From a virus: 64,000 bases of DNA. The DNA lies in the IMG/VR virus record IMGVR_UViG_3300035698_012959, positions 3,404-67,403 of that record. The stretch is one strand, 5' to 3'. The translations under genes were made by a program, and so were the position numbers. Below the pieces are notes generated by a model. It saw nothing but the letters and a program-made list of their open reading frames with translations. It was not told where the DNA came from and made no database searches. Below are positions 46,448 to 55,441 of the stretch, in pieces. Numbering within the stretch: position 1 is the first letter of the stretch; each line of letters starts with the position of its first letter.

Positions 46448-49204
46448 ATGAGTACTCCTTTCGATTATAAACAAGTAATAAGATTAGAATACGCAAAATG
46501 TGCGAGTGACCCAGTTCACTTCATGAGAAAATTTTGTATGATTCAACATCCTACTAAAAGTAGGATATTATTTAATCTATATCCATTCCAAGAAAGTGTA
46601 TTAAACCAATTTATTGTAAAGAATAATAATATTATTCTTAAATCAAGACAACTCGGGATATCAACTTTAGTAGCTGGTTATTCTTTATGGTTGATGTTAT
46701 TCAATACAGACAAAAACATTTTATGTGTTGCTACTAAGCAAGATACAGCTAAAAACATGGTTACGAAAGTAACATTCATGTATGATAATTTACCATCATG
46801 GTTAAAAGGTAAGAAAAAACCTCTAGAGAATAACAAATTATCTCTAAAATTAACTAACGGGTCATTAATTAAAGCAGTTTCAGCCGCCGCAGATGCAGGT
46901 AGATCAGAAGCCGTATCATTTTTAATTATTGACGAAGCCGCATTTATCGAAAATATAGAAACTATATACGGTGCGGCTCAACAAACTCTAAGTACCGGTG
47001 GTGGTTGTGTTGTATTATCAACTCCTAACGGTAGTGGTAATTGGTTTCACAAACAATATACTAAAGCTACTAACGGAGAAAATTCATTTAACCCATTAAG
47101 ACTACCATGGACCGTTCATCCCGAAAGAAGCGAAGGTTGGAGAAAAATACAGGAAGACGATTTAGGTACCAGATTGGCCGCTCAAGAGTGTTTTAGTGGG
47201 GATACTATAATATATACTATAAATGGACCTAAATTTATAAAAGATATTGAGATAGGAAATAAAGTATTGAGTCATGATGGTACATATAATAATGTTATAA
47301 AAACCATGAGTCATATTACTAATAAAGCTGTAGAAATAAAAGGAGGTTTAAATAATATAAGCAAGTATACTACATTAAACCACCCTTTCCTAAATACACA
47401 TAACGAATGGGAAGATGTAGAATCAATAATATCTACTAATAATAAGGTAATATTATTTCCTGTCGATGTAAAATATAATAATTCTTATAGTACAATAGAT
47501 CTAAAAAATCATATAATATCTAATAATCCAAAATATTTTCCACTAAAATATAATGATGAAAGTATATGGTTAACAAAAACCAATATCCTTAATAGAAACA
47601 TAAAATTTGATTATGATTTAGGATTTTTAGTTGGATGTTTCCTGTCAGAGGGTTCTTTAGCTAATAATAAGGTGGAGTTTTCATTTAATGGTAAAACAGA
47701 AAGAGATGGCTTTCCCATACAAATAGAAAATATATTAAATAGTAAATTTAATATAAATAAATTCTCATATTACACTTCCAAAATATGGTCTGGTAGTAGT
47801 AAATTGTATATAAAGGATCAAATATTCCATAATTTCATAAAATTATGCATACAGGGGGGTAGTTTATGTCACCAAAAATCCCTAAGTGAATTCTTCTATG
47901 ATAATGCCAATTTAGAAACTTTAAGAGGTATTATGGATGGTGTGTTAGTTGGGGATGGGATGTTGAAAGATGAATATAATATAAGCCTTTTATTGACCTC
48001 AAGGAAATTGATATATGATATACTTTATATAAGTAATTTATTAGGTATACATAATGTTACTATAAAAGAAGGTAAATCAATAAATCCCAGAGATTCTTCT
48101 ATTTACAAACCTAATTATACTTTAACATGGTTAAAAACTAAAACAAATTCCCAATCAAAAATATTTAGCGATAGAACTAAAAATATAGTATTTAATCAAA
48201 AATCTTCTAACAAATTCATATTTGATGTTAACCCCAATGTTAGTTTAAAAATAAACCCCACCCAACATAACATTACAGTATTTAATTTAGAAGTAGAAAA
48301 CACCCACACATATACAACAGAATATGGGGTTGTGCATAATTGTGATTGTGACTTTTCCTCATCTGGTGATACATTACTAAATAAAGATACAATAAAATAT
48401 TATGAAGATAATATTATGGAACCCGTTGAACGAAGGGGAATAAATAGTAATTATTGGATATTTCGCAGAGCAAGAAATGATAAAGATTATGCCGTAATAG
48501 TTGATACTTCTAGAGGAGACAGCAATGATTATTCTACAGTCCAAGTAATAGATATAGAAAACATGGAACAAGTTGCTGAACTTAAAGACATGATTTCCCC
48601 TAAAGATTTAGGAAACTTGATTGTTGCCATAGCTTCTGAATATAATGATGCCCTTCTGATAGTAGAAAACAATAATATGGGTTATCAAACTGTTACTACA
48701 GCAATTGATAGAGGTTATAAAAATGTATATTATTCTCCCAAAAACGATCAAATAACTGCGGATCAATGGATTAATAAGATGCAAAATCAAGACCAACTAA
48801 CTCCAGGATTCAATACTTCAGTTAAGACAAGACCTTTAATAATAGAAAAGTTCAGAGAATTTATGGATAATAAAGTATTCATTATTAATTCAAGAAGAAC
48901 TGTAGATGAAACTAAAACATTTATTTGGAAAAATCACAAAGCCCAAGCCCAATCAGGGTACAATGATGATTTAATAATACCATTAGGTATAGTTGCTTAT
49001 TTACGAGATACTGCTTTAAGATTCAAAAAAAATAATCTTGAATTAACTAAAATTTCAATAGCTAACATAACTAATATTAATGATAATAACCCACAGTCTG
49101 TACCTAACATCCCTAATGACAGTAGACGACCTAATCTATACACACCAAATCCTTATAAAATGATGGTAGGAGGTAAAGTAGAAGATATTAGTTGGCTACT
49201 CTGA
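46448..49204 (+). CDS. terL: Terminase large subunit (T4 gp17-like) with intein
   Basis: LYPFQ, LKSRQLGIST, IIDEAAFI, STPNG, VDTSRG..DYS, VENN, YNDDL. Confidence 0.97.
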   Translation: MSTPFDYKQVIRLEYAKCASDPVHFMRKFCMIQHPTKSRILFNLYPFQESVLNQFIVKNNNIILKSRQLGISTLVAGYSLWLMLFNTDKNILCVATKQDTAKNMVTKVTFMYDNLPSWLKGKKKPLENNKLSLKLTNGSLIKAVSAAADAGRSEAVSFLIIDEAAFIENIETIYGAAQQTLSTGGGCVVLSTPNGSGNWFHKQYTKATNGENSFNPLRLPWTVHPERSEGWRKIQEDDLGTRLAAQECFSGDTIIYTINGPKFIKDIEIGNKVLSHDGTYNNVIKTMSHITNKAVEIKGGLNNISKYTTLNHPFLNTHNEWEDVESIISTNNKVILFPVDVKYNNSYSTIDLKNHIISNNPKYFPLKYNDESIWLTKTNILNRNIKFDYDLGFLVGCFLSEGSLANNKVEFSFNGKTERDGFPIQIENILNSKFNINKFSYYTSKIWSGSSKLYIKDQIFHNFIKLCIQGGSLCHQKSLSEFFYDNANLETLRGIMDGVLVGDGMLKDEYNISLLLTSRKLIYDILYISNLLGIHNVTIKEGKSINPRDSSIYKPNYTLTWLKTKTNSQSKIFSDRTKNIVFNQKSSNKFIFDVNPNVSLKINPTQHNITVFNLEVENTHTYTTEYGVVHNCDCDFSSSGDTLLNKDTIKYYEDNIMEPVERRGINSNYWIFRRARNDKDYAVIVDTSRGDSNDYSTVQVIDIENMEQVAELKDMISPKDLGNLIVAIASEYNDALLIVENNNMGYQTVTTAIDRGYKNVYYSPKNDQITADQWINKMQNQDQLTPGFNTSVKTRPLIIEKFREFMDNKVFIINSRRTVDETKTFIWKNHKAQAQSGYNDDLIIPLGIVAYLRDTALRFKKNNLELTKISIANITNINDNNPQSVPNIPNDSRRPNLYTPNPYKMMVGGKVEDISWLL
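47189..48340 (+). mobile_element. Intein (384 aa) with LAGLIDADG homing endonuclease
   Basis: AQE|CFSGDT...TLNHPF...VGCFLSEG...IMDGVLVGDG...VFNLEV...VVHN|CDCDF. Confidence 0.95.
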
Positions 49205-49213
49205 TATTTTTTG

Positions 49214-49221
49214 ATATTTAT
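49214..49221 (+). promoter_or_regulatory. Putative late promoter ATATTTAT
   Basis: Before portal gene. Confidence 0.5.
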
Positions 49222-49239
49222 CAATAAAAAATATATTAA

Positions 49240-51135
49240 ATGGCTGTTGACACTAGTATTTTTGGGCAGTTGAAACGTTTGTTTTCAACTGATGTTATAA
49301 TTCGTAATGTAGGGGGTAATAAGTTAAAGGTTGTTGATACTGAACGTATTCAGTCTTATGGAAATGTCAAGACAAATTCATTAGTAGACAGATATAACAG
49401 AATTCATATGGGTAGTAATAGGAATGCCTATACCCCAACAATGAATTACCAAACCTTAAGAAATCAATTATATACTGATTATGAAGGGATGGATCAAGAC
49501 CCTATTTTAGCTTCTGCATTAGATATAATAGCGGATGAATGTACATTAAAAAATGAGCAAGGTGAAATTTTAGCAATAAATTCACCTAATGAAAATATAC
49601 AGCAAGTATTATATAATTTATTTTATGATGTTTTAAATATCGAATTTAATTTATGGTCTTGGATTAGAACTATGTGTAAGTATGGTGATGCTTATCTTTA
49701 CATGGAGATAGCAGAGAAGTTTGGTATAATAAATGTATTACCAGTATCAAGTTATGATGTCATAAGACAAGAAGGGCAAGATCCAGAACGACCATCATAT
49801 GTATCATTTAAAGTTGGTGAAGATGGCTCTAGATATGCTTTAGGTTATGCCGGAGGTATAAATAGAGATATAGAAAATTATGAAATGGCCCATTTCAGAT
49901 TATTATCTGATTATAACTACCTTCCTTATGGCCGTTCATACATGGAACCCGCACGTAAAGTATTTAAGCAACTTTCATTAATGGAAGATGCTATGCTAGT
50001 TCATAGAGTAATGAGAGCTCCAGAAAAAAGGATTTATTACGTAGATGTAGGTTCTATACCTCCAAACGAAGTAGATGCTTACATGGAGAAAATAAAAAAT
50101 AATATTAAAAAAACTCCATATATTGATCCAGAAACTGGAGATTATAACCTCAAATATAACATGCAAAGTGTTAATGAGGATTTTTATATACCTAGAAGGG
50201 GAAATAATGATGGTGGTACACAAATTGATACTTTAAAAGGATTAGAATATAATGCCATCGAAGATGTTGAGTATCTAAGAGATAAAATGTTGTCATCATT
50301 AAAAATCCCAAAAGCATTTTTTGGTTATGAAAAAGATCTAGAAGGAAAAGCAACTTTAGCCGCCGAAGATATTAGATTCGCTAGAACAATTGAGAGAATA
50401 CAAAGAATTGTAACAAGTGAATTACATAAAATAGCATTAGTTCATTTATACACACAAGGATTTGATGATGAGCAATTAGTTGATTTTGAACTAACACTAC
50501 ATTCTCCTTCCATCATATATGAACAAGAAAAAGTAGCATTATTAAAAGAAAAGACCGCATTAGCCATTGACATGGTTGATTCTAATTTATTCCCATCTGA
50601 TTGGGTATATGATAATGTATTTAACTTAAGTGAAGATAAATTAAATAGTTTAAGACAATTAGTTGTCGAGGATAAAAAACGTTCTTTCAGATTAAACCAA
50701 TTAGAAAATGAAGGTAACGATCCAGCGGCAAGTGGTACATCATACGGTACACCCCATGACTTAGCCGCGCTTTATGGTAGAGGGAGAATGGCTAAAGGTG
50801 ATGTTCCTTCAGGATATGACGAAAAAGAAACTGCAGGTAGGCCTAAAGAAAGAGCTTCTTCATATGATACCCAAAACTCTAACTTAGGTAAAGATGTAAT
50901 GGGAAGCGATGCTTTAGGAGATAAAATCCCCCATTCCATAAAAACATCTTACAAAGGTAAAACCCCATTATCTATAAGTGAAGGAAAACATATTTATCAT
51001 AGAGATGTAGATATATATAACAATGATACTGATGAATCGGAAGATTTTGAAGAAGAAGATATTTATGATGATGGAGATATTGATGAAAATTATGAGTCTG
51101 CGTTACTGAATGAATCCATGATAATTAAAGAATGA
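49240..51135 (+). CDS. Portal protein (T4 gp20-like)
   Basis: ALDIIADE, LMEDAMLVHRVMRAPEKRIYYVDVG, EDFYIPRR, IDTLKG, LKIPK, EDIRF. Confidence 0.96.
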   Translation: MAVDTSIFGQLKRLFSTDVIIRNVGGNKLKVVDTERIQSYGNVKTNSLVDRYNRIHMGSNRNAYTPTMNYQTLRNQLYTDYEGMDQDPILASALDIIADECTLKNEQGEILAINSPNENIQQVLYNLFYDVLNIEFNLWSWIRTMCKYGDAYLYMEIAEKFGIINVLPVSSYDVIRQEGQDPERPSYVSFKVGEDGSRYALGYAGGINRDIENYEMAHFRLLSDYNYLPYGRSYMEPARKVFKQLSLMEDAMLVHRVMRAPEKRIYYVDVGSIPPNEVDAYMEKIKNNIKKTPYIDPETGDYNLKYNMQSVNEDFYIPRRGNNDGGTQIDTLKGLEYNAIEDVEYLRDKMLSSLKIPKAFFGYEKDLEGKATLAAEDIRFARTIERIQRIVTSELHKIALVHLYTQGFDDEQLVDFELTLHSPSIIYEQEKVALLKEKTALAIDMVDSNLFPSDWVYDNVFNLSEDKLNSLRQLVVEDKKRSFRLNQLENEGNDPAASGTSYGTPHDLAALYGRGRMAKGDVPSGYDEKETAGRPKERASSYDTQNSNLGKDVMGSDALGDKIPHSIKTSYKGKTPLSISEGKHIYHRDVDIYNNDTDESEDFEEEDIYDDGDIDENYESALLNESMIIKE

Positions 51136-51980
51136 ATATAAAGCACAATAAACTAAAAAATACAGGTATATTATATGAATTGTTAATTAACCAATTAACA
51201 TCAGATGTATTCCACGATAAAGATTCAAAAGTAATATCTATTATAAAAGAGTTTTATAGTAATACTGAAATATCTAAAGAATATAAGCTGTATAAAACTA
51301 TATTAACATCCCAGTATGATAATGTAGGTAAAGCAAATAATGTGTTAGAAGCTATTAATGAAACTCATACAAAAATAAACAAGAAAAAATTAAAACAAGA
51401 AAAATACCGTTTAATTAATGAAATAAAATCTAATTATGATATCAAAGATTTTTTTAGACATAAAATCCCAAATTATAAAGTGCATGCCTCTATATATAAT
51501 TTGTTAGAATTTAACTCTACAGTAGATTTTATATCCCCACAATTCGTCATTAATAATAAAATAACATTACTAGAATATATAACAAATATTAATAGTAATG
51601 AGGATATAAAAGACGATACATTAAATGAATTTAAAAATACTGAAAAAGGTACACGTTTATTGATATACCAATCTTTAGTTGATAAATTTAATACAAAATA
51701 CACTAGTCTGTCAGAAGGGCAAAAAGGTATATTAAGTCAATACATTAATAATATGAATAATCCTCTATTATTGAAAGAATGTATAAATAACCACATTAAG
51801 AATATTAAAAGAAAATTAAAATCATGTGTAGTAAATAATAATGTTATTAAGATTAAATTGGAAGAGATAAACAGAATATTGATTCCTTTAGGGAAAGGTG
51901 ACTATGTCAAAGATGACGATTTTATAAATATACTACAATATTATGAGTTAATTAAAGAAATCAAATTAATAAGCGAATGA
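51132..51980 (+). CDS. Conserved head-region hypothetical protein
   Basis: IKHNKLKNTGILYELL, EKYRLINEIK, FNTKY..L. Confidence 0.75.
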   Translation: MNIKHNKLKNTGILYELLINQLTSDVFHDKDSKVISIIKEFYSNTEISKEYKLYKTILTSQYDNVGKANNVLEAINETHTKINKKKLKQEKYRLINEIKSNYDIKDFFRHKIPNYKVHASIYNLLEFNSTVDFISPQFVINNKITLLEYITNINSNEDIKDDTLNEFKNTEKGTRLLIYQSLVDKFNTKYTSLSEGQKGILSQYINNMNNPLLLKECINNHIKNIKRKLKSCVVNNNVIKIKLEEINRILIPLGKGDYVKDDDFINILQYYELIKEIKLISE

Positions 51981-53137
51981 AAAGGTCTCAACTTAGTGAA
52001 TTGATAAATGGGAAATTGAAAGAAATGAATGCCACTTCGGGTGGGGAAGCTTATGCTCCCCCTCTAGGTAAAAAAGTGGATGAAATTAAATTAAGAGAAC
52101 CAGGTGCTTCACATATAATTCGTGATCCGCATAGAATATCAACTTTACCTAAACTTAATTTAACAATAGGAAAGTATAATGTTTCTAAAGACAAAGTTGG
52201 ATTACAGGTACCTTTTGGTACTGTAACTAAAATGACATTAAACAGAGCTAGAAACGTATTTGACAAATTAGGTATTACTATTGAAAAAGCATTTTTAGGT
52301 TGGTTGGTAAGATCACATGAATATACGAATGATGATGGGGAAGTGAAAAAAAATTTCTATGTAAATATACGTACAACTTATTTATTATCTACTTACAAAA
52401 ATAAACCTGTAATGTTTGTTCAAAATCAAACTTCATCTAATCTAGCAGGGCAGGCATATTTGTATAGTGAATATTTTAAATCCGGTAAATCATTAAGATT
52501 AAAACCAGACAATCCACCAAAAATCCACACACACCATAGCGGGGCCTCAACTAGTAAGTACCAATGGCAAGATAGTAGTGATGTAAAAGCAGATGATGCC
52601 ACCACAAGTAAAGAAATGATTTTAAGAGCATTAAAATACGATCAATTAAGTGAAGTTAAATTAAGAGAACCTGGAGTGTTAGCTAGTTACAAAGAAGAAG
52701 CAATAGCTGATTTAACAGATTTAAAACAATCATATTTTGACGTTAACGATAATGACGACAATTATAATAAAGCCGTAAGTTACATACGAGGTGCAAAGGA
52801 TGAAATGGAATTAAGTCGAAGATTGGAAAGAGTATTTAAAGACCCAAGTGTTTTAGATGATATTAAATATAGAATAAATAATGACGGTGGTACATTAAAT
52901 GAAATATCTACTCGCAAATTTAACAAACGAATATCAAGAGTAAGTCCATTAAGTAAAGTTAATAGATCTATTAGTGAAATTAGTAAAAGATTAAAAGAAA
53001 TTAATTCAGTGATAGGACACACTTCAAAATTAATGAATGAATCTGGGAGTGGTAATAGTAGAACTAAAGAAAAAATTGCTAAATTATTAGTCGATATCAC
53101 AAACACAAGAACTAATTTAAGAAATTTAATGAAATGA
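51977..53137 (+). CDS. Putative head protein carrying two tandem E|[IV]KLREPG cassettes
   Basis: MKRSQL leader, cassettes 52085-52654 and 52655-52903, basic coiled-coil C-terminus. Confidence 0.7.
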   Translation: MKRSQLSELINGKLKEMNATSGGEAYAPPLGKKVDEIKLREPGASHIIRDPHRISTLPKLNLTIGKYNVSKDKVGLQVPFGTVTKMTLNRARNVFDKLGITIEKAFLGWLVRSHEYTNDDGEVKKNFYVNIRTTYLLSTYKNKPVMFVQNQTSSNLAGQAYLYSEYFKSGKSLRLKPDNPPKIHTHHSGASTSKYQWQDSSDVKADDATTSKEMILRALKYDQLSEVKLREPGVLASYKEEAIADLTDLKQSYFDVNDNDDNYNKAVSYIRGAKDEMELSRRLERVFKDPSVLDDIKYRINNDGGTLNEISTRKFNKRISRVSPLSKVNRSISEISKRLKEINSVIGHTSKLMNESGSGNSRTKEKIAKLLVDITNTRTNLRNLMK

Positions 53138-53757
53138 TAAAACTATCAAATATATTAAAAGAAATCAGATTAAGAGAACCCAAAAATCATGCTTATGTGT
53201 CTATGGATGATGTAAAACTAGGTATGGAATTTCTAATACATGATATGGAAAATTACTTATCTAATTCTAAAAATGATTTCACAGAAATACCACCTGATGA
53301 AATGGGGTATGTTATTATTAATGAATTTTATGATTTGATAGTGTTCCATATTAAAGAACATTTAAAAAATAACGATAATGAGATTTATTTCGATATAGAA
53401 AGTAATAAAGATATTTATGAGTATCTAACAAATATTGAAGGTAGTGATATAATACAAATTATTATAGATGAATTAATTGTTCCTGCGGGATATAAATTAA
53501 TAACACCACAAAACACTAAATATTTTATAGGAAGTTTTATAGATCGAAATAAATCTACTGGAACCGAATTCATCAATCAAACTCACATTAGTGATCCAAG
53601 TTTATGGAAAGAATATATAAAAGATGGAAATGGATTCGATGATTTTTTAGATTTAATTGATTTTAATATAGATAAAATAATTAATGGCCTTAATGAAGGA
53701 GATATAAATAGTATTTTAGTAAATGAATTGGGATTACCAGTAGAAGAATTTAATTAA
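53134..53757 (+). CDS. Hypothetical, putative internal head protein
   Basis: MIKLSNILKE|IRLREPK. Confidence 0.7.
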   Translation: MIKLSNILKEIRLREPKNHAYVSMDDVKLGMEFLIHDMENYLSNSKNDFTEIPPDEMGYVIINEFYDLIVFHIKEHLKNNDNEIYFDIESNKDIYEYLTNIEGSDIIQIIIDELIVPAGYKLITPQNTKYFIGSFIDRNKSTGTEFINQTHISDPSLWKEYIKDGNGFDDFLDLIDFNIDKIINGLNEGDINSILVNELGLPVEEFN

Positions 53758-53764
53758 ATAAAAA

Positions 53765-54607
53765 ATGAAAAGTATAAAACAACAATACATAGATCTTAAT
53801 GAAAATAAAATGAGCAAAGCTCAATTTATGAGAAATGCTAGAATGACATTACCTCATTTGATTAGCTCAACCAACAACTTTACAGATGCTGTAAAGATAT
53901 TGACTAATAAAGGTATATTACTGGAAGTGAAAGCTAAGAAACAAGTTACAATTGAACCTCAATATCAATACCACCCACACGAATTAGAATTGGGAATTGA
54001 AGACGAAGGTGGGGCTGATGAACAGGATATGTTTGATAAGCTTAAAGAAAAAGTAGTAAAAAACTTAGAAAAAGATGCAAATTATTACACACATAAAAAG
54101 GGTGGAATAAAAAAACGTACCAAGGCTAAAGAAGATCAATTTAAATATAGAGAGATAAAAAAGAAATATATTTCAGATAATCAAATGGAAAAATCTAAGG
54201 AAAAAATAGTTGAAACTAAACTACGTAAATTAGTTAGAAAAGCTATACTTCTTGAATTATCATCAGATTCATTTAAGAGCTATGCTCGAAAATCAACAGC
54301 CAGGGGAGAAACAAAAAGAGTAGGGAAAGGTTCTCAAAACTTCTTTCATCAATTTATGGGAAAATCTTTACTAGGTGGTGAAATAACAAACATATCATAC
54401 ATAGAGGAAATTAAAGAAGTTGGAGTAGAAATTACAGCAAATCATAGCGATATGTATATCAATTATTCAGTAGAGGATGATAATTGGGGAATGGATAAAC
54501 CCGTGGATAGAAAAGATGCAAGAATTCTATCACTAATAGCTAAAAAAATTAATCCTAATACCAAATATGGGAGTGGTAGCAAAGGATTTAAGATAAAAGG
54601 ATATTAA
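53765..54607 (+). CDS. Hypothetical modular head-region protein
   Basis: Segments delimited by LNE, LLE, ILLE; ELELGI.DE...KNLEKDANYYT module. Confidence 0.7.
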   Translation: MKSIKQQYIDLNENKMSKAQFMRNARMTLPHLISSTNNFTDAVKILTNKGILLEVKAKKQVTIEPQYQYHPHELELGIEDEGGADEQDMFDKLKEKVVKNLEKDANYYTHKKGGIKKRTKAKEDQFKYREIKKKYISDNQMEKSKEKIVETKLRKLVRKAILLELSSDSFKSYARKSTARGETKRVGKGSQNFFHQFMGKSLLGGEITNISYIEEIKEVGVEITANHSDMYINYSVEDDNWGMDKPVDRKDARILSLIAKKINPNTKYGSGSKGFKIKGY

Positions 54608-54619
54608 TAAAATAGAACA

Positions 54620-55249
54620 ATGAAACAACTATTAGTAGATACTATATTATTTGAAGTAGAACCAAGCGTTATTAATGAAAATATTAAAAATGGTGGTACA
54701 TTAACTGTTAAAGGTCCAATACAAAAAGCGGAGACTAAAAACGGTAATGGTCGGGTATACTCTAGAGAAATATTAAATAGAGAATTCAAAAAATATAACG
54801 AAGGTCCCATTAAAGAAAGTAGATCAACAGGTGAGTTGGATCACCCCGATTCACCTGTTATTAACTTAAAGAATGTATCACATATCATACGTAATATATG
54901 GTGGGATGGTGATACTGTTATGGGGGAAATAGAAGTATTAACTACACCTTCAGGTAATATATTAAAAGAATTAATTAAATGTGGGGTAAAAGTAGGAGTA
55001 TCATCTCGAGGTATGGGTTCTGTTAAACAAATAGGTGAAACCGTTGAAGTACAAGAAGATTTTGAACTATTATGTATTGATTTTGTCTCAACACCTTCCA
55101 CTCCGGGAGCTTACATGGATTCCATAAATGAATCATTAAATTTATCAACACCTCCTGTAGAATCATTATATACTAATATTGATAATTTAATAACCGAAAT
55201 ATTGTGTAATCGCATAGGATATTGTCCTTGCGATTTACCTACTAATTAA
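54620..55249 (+). CDS. Prohead core protease (T4 gp21-like)
   Basis: NGNGRVY, GELDHP, NVSH, GVSSRGMGS, DFVSTPS. Confidence 0.95.
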   Translation: MKQLLVDTILFEVEPSVINENIKNGGTLTVKGPIQKAETKNGNGRVYSREILNREFKKYNEGPIKESRSTGELDHPDSPVINLKNVSHIIRNIWWDGDTVMGEIEVLTTPSGNILKELIKCGVKVGVSSRGMGSVKQIGETVEVQEDFELLCIDFVSTPSTPGAYMDSINESLNLSTPPVESLYTNIDNLITEILCNRIGYCPCDLPTN

Positions 55250-55294
55250 ATATAAACATCAGGATATTATTCTTCGTTTTGATTGTTTTGGTTC

Positions 55295-55409
55295 ATATGT
55301 ATCGCCGATTTACGATATGTTATCTCTAATATAACATTTAAAATAATTATTTTTCAATTTTTACATTGGACTTTTATATGCATCTGAGTATATATAATAA
55401 TAAGTCTCC
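55295..55409 (+). promoter_or_regulatory. Late-promoter variant (ATATGTAT) plus structured leader of the scaffold/capsid operon
   Basis: Hairpin ATGTTAT/ATAACAT 55317-55337 and imperfect stem 55368-55409. Confidence 0.4.
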
Positions 55410-55441
55410 AAACTCTACGTAAAGAACAATAACAAAAAAAC

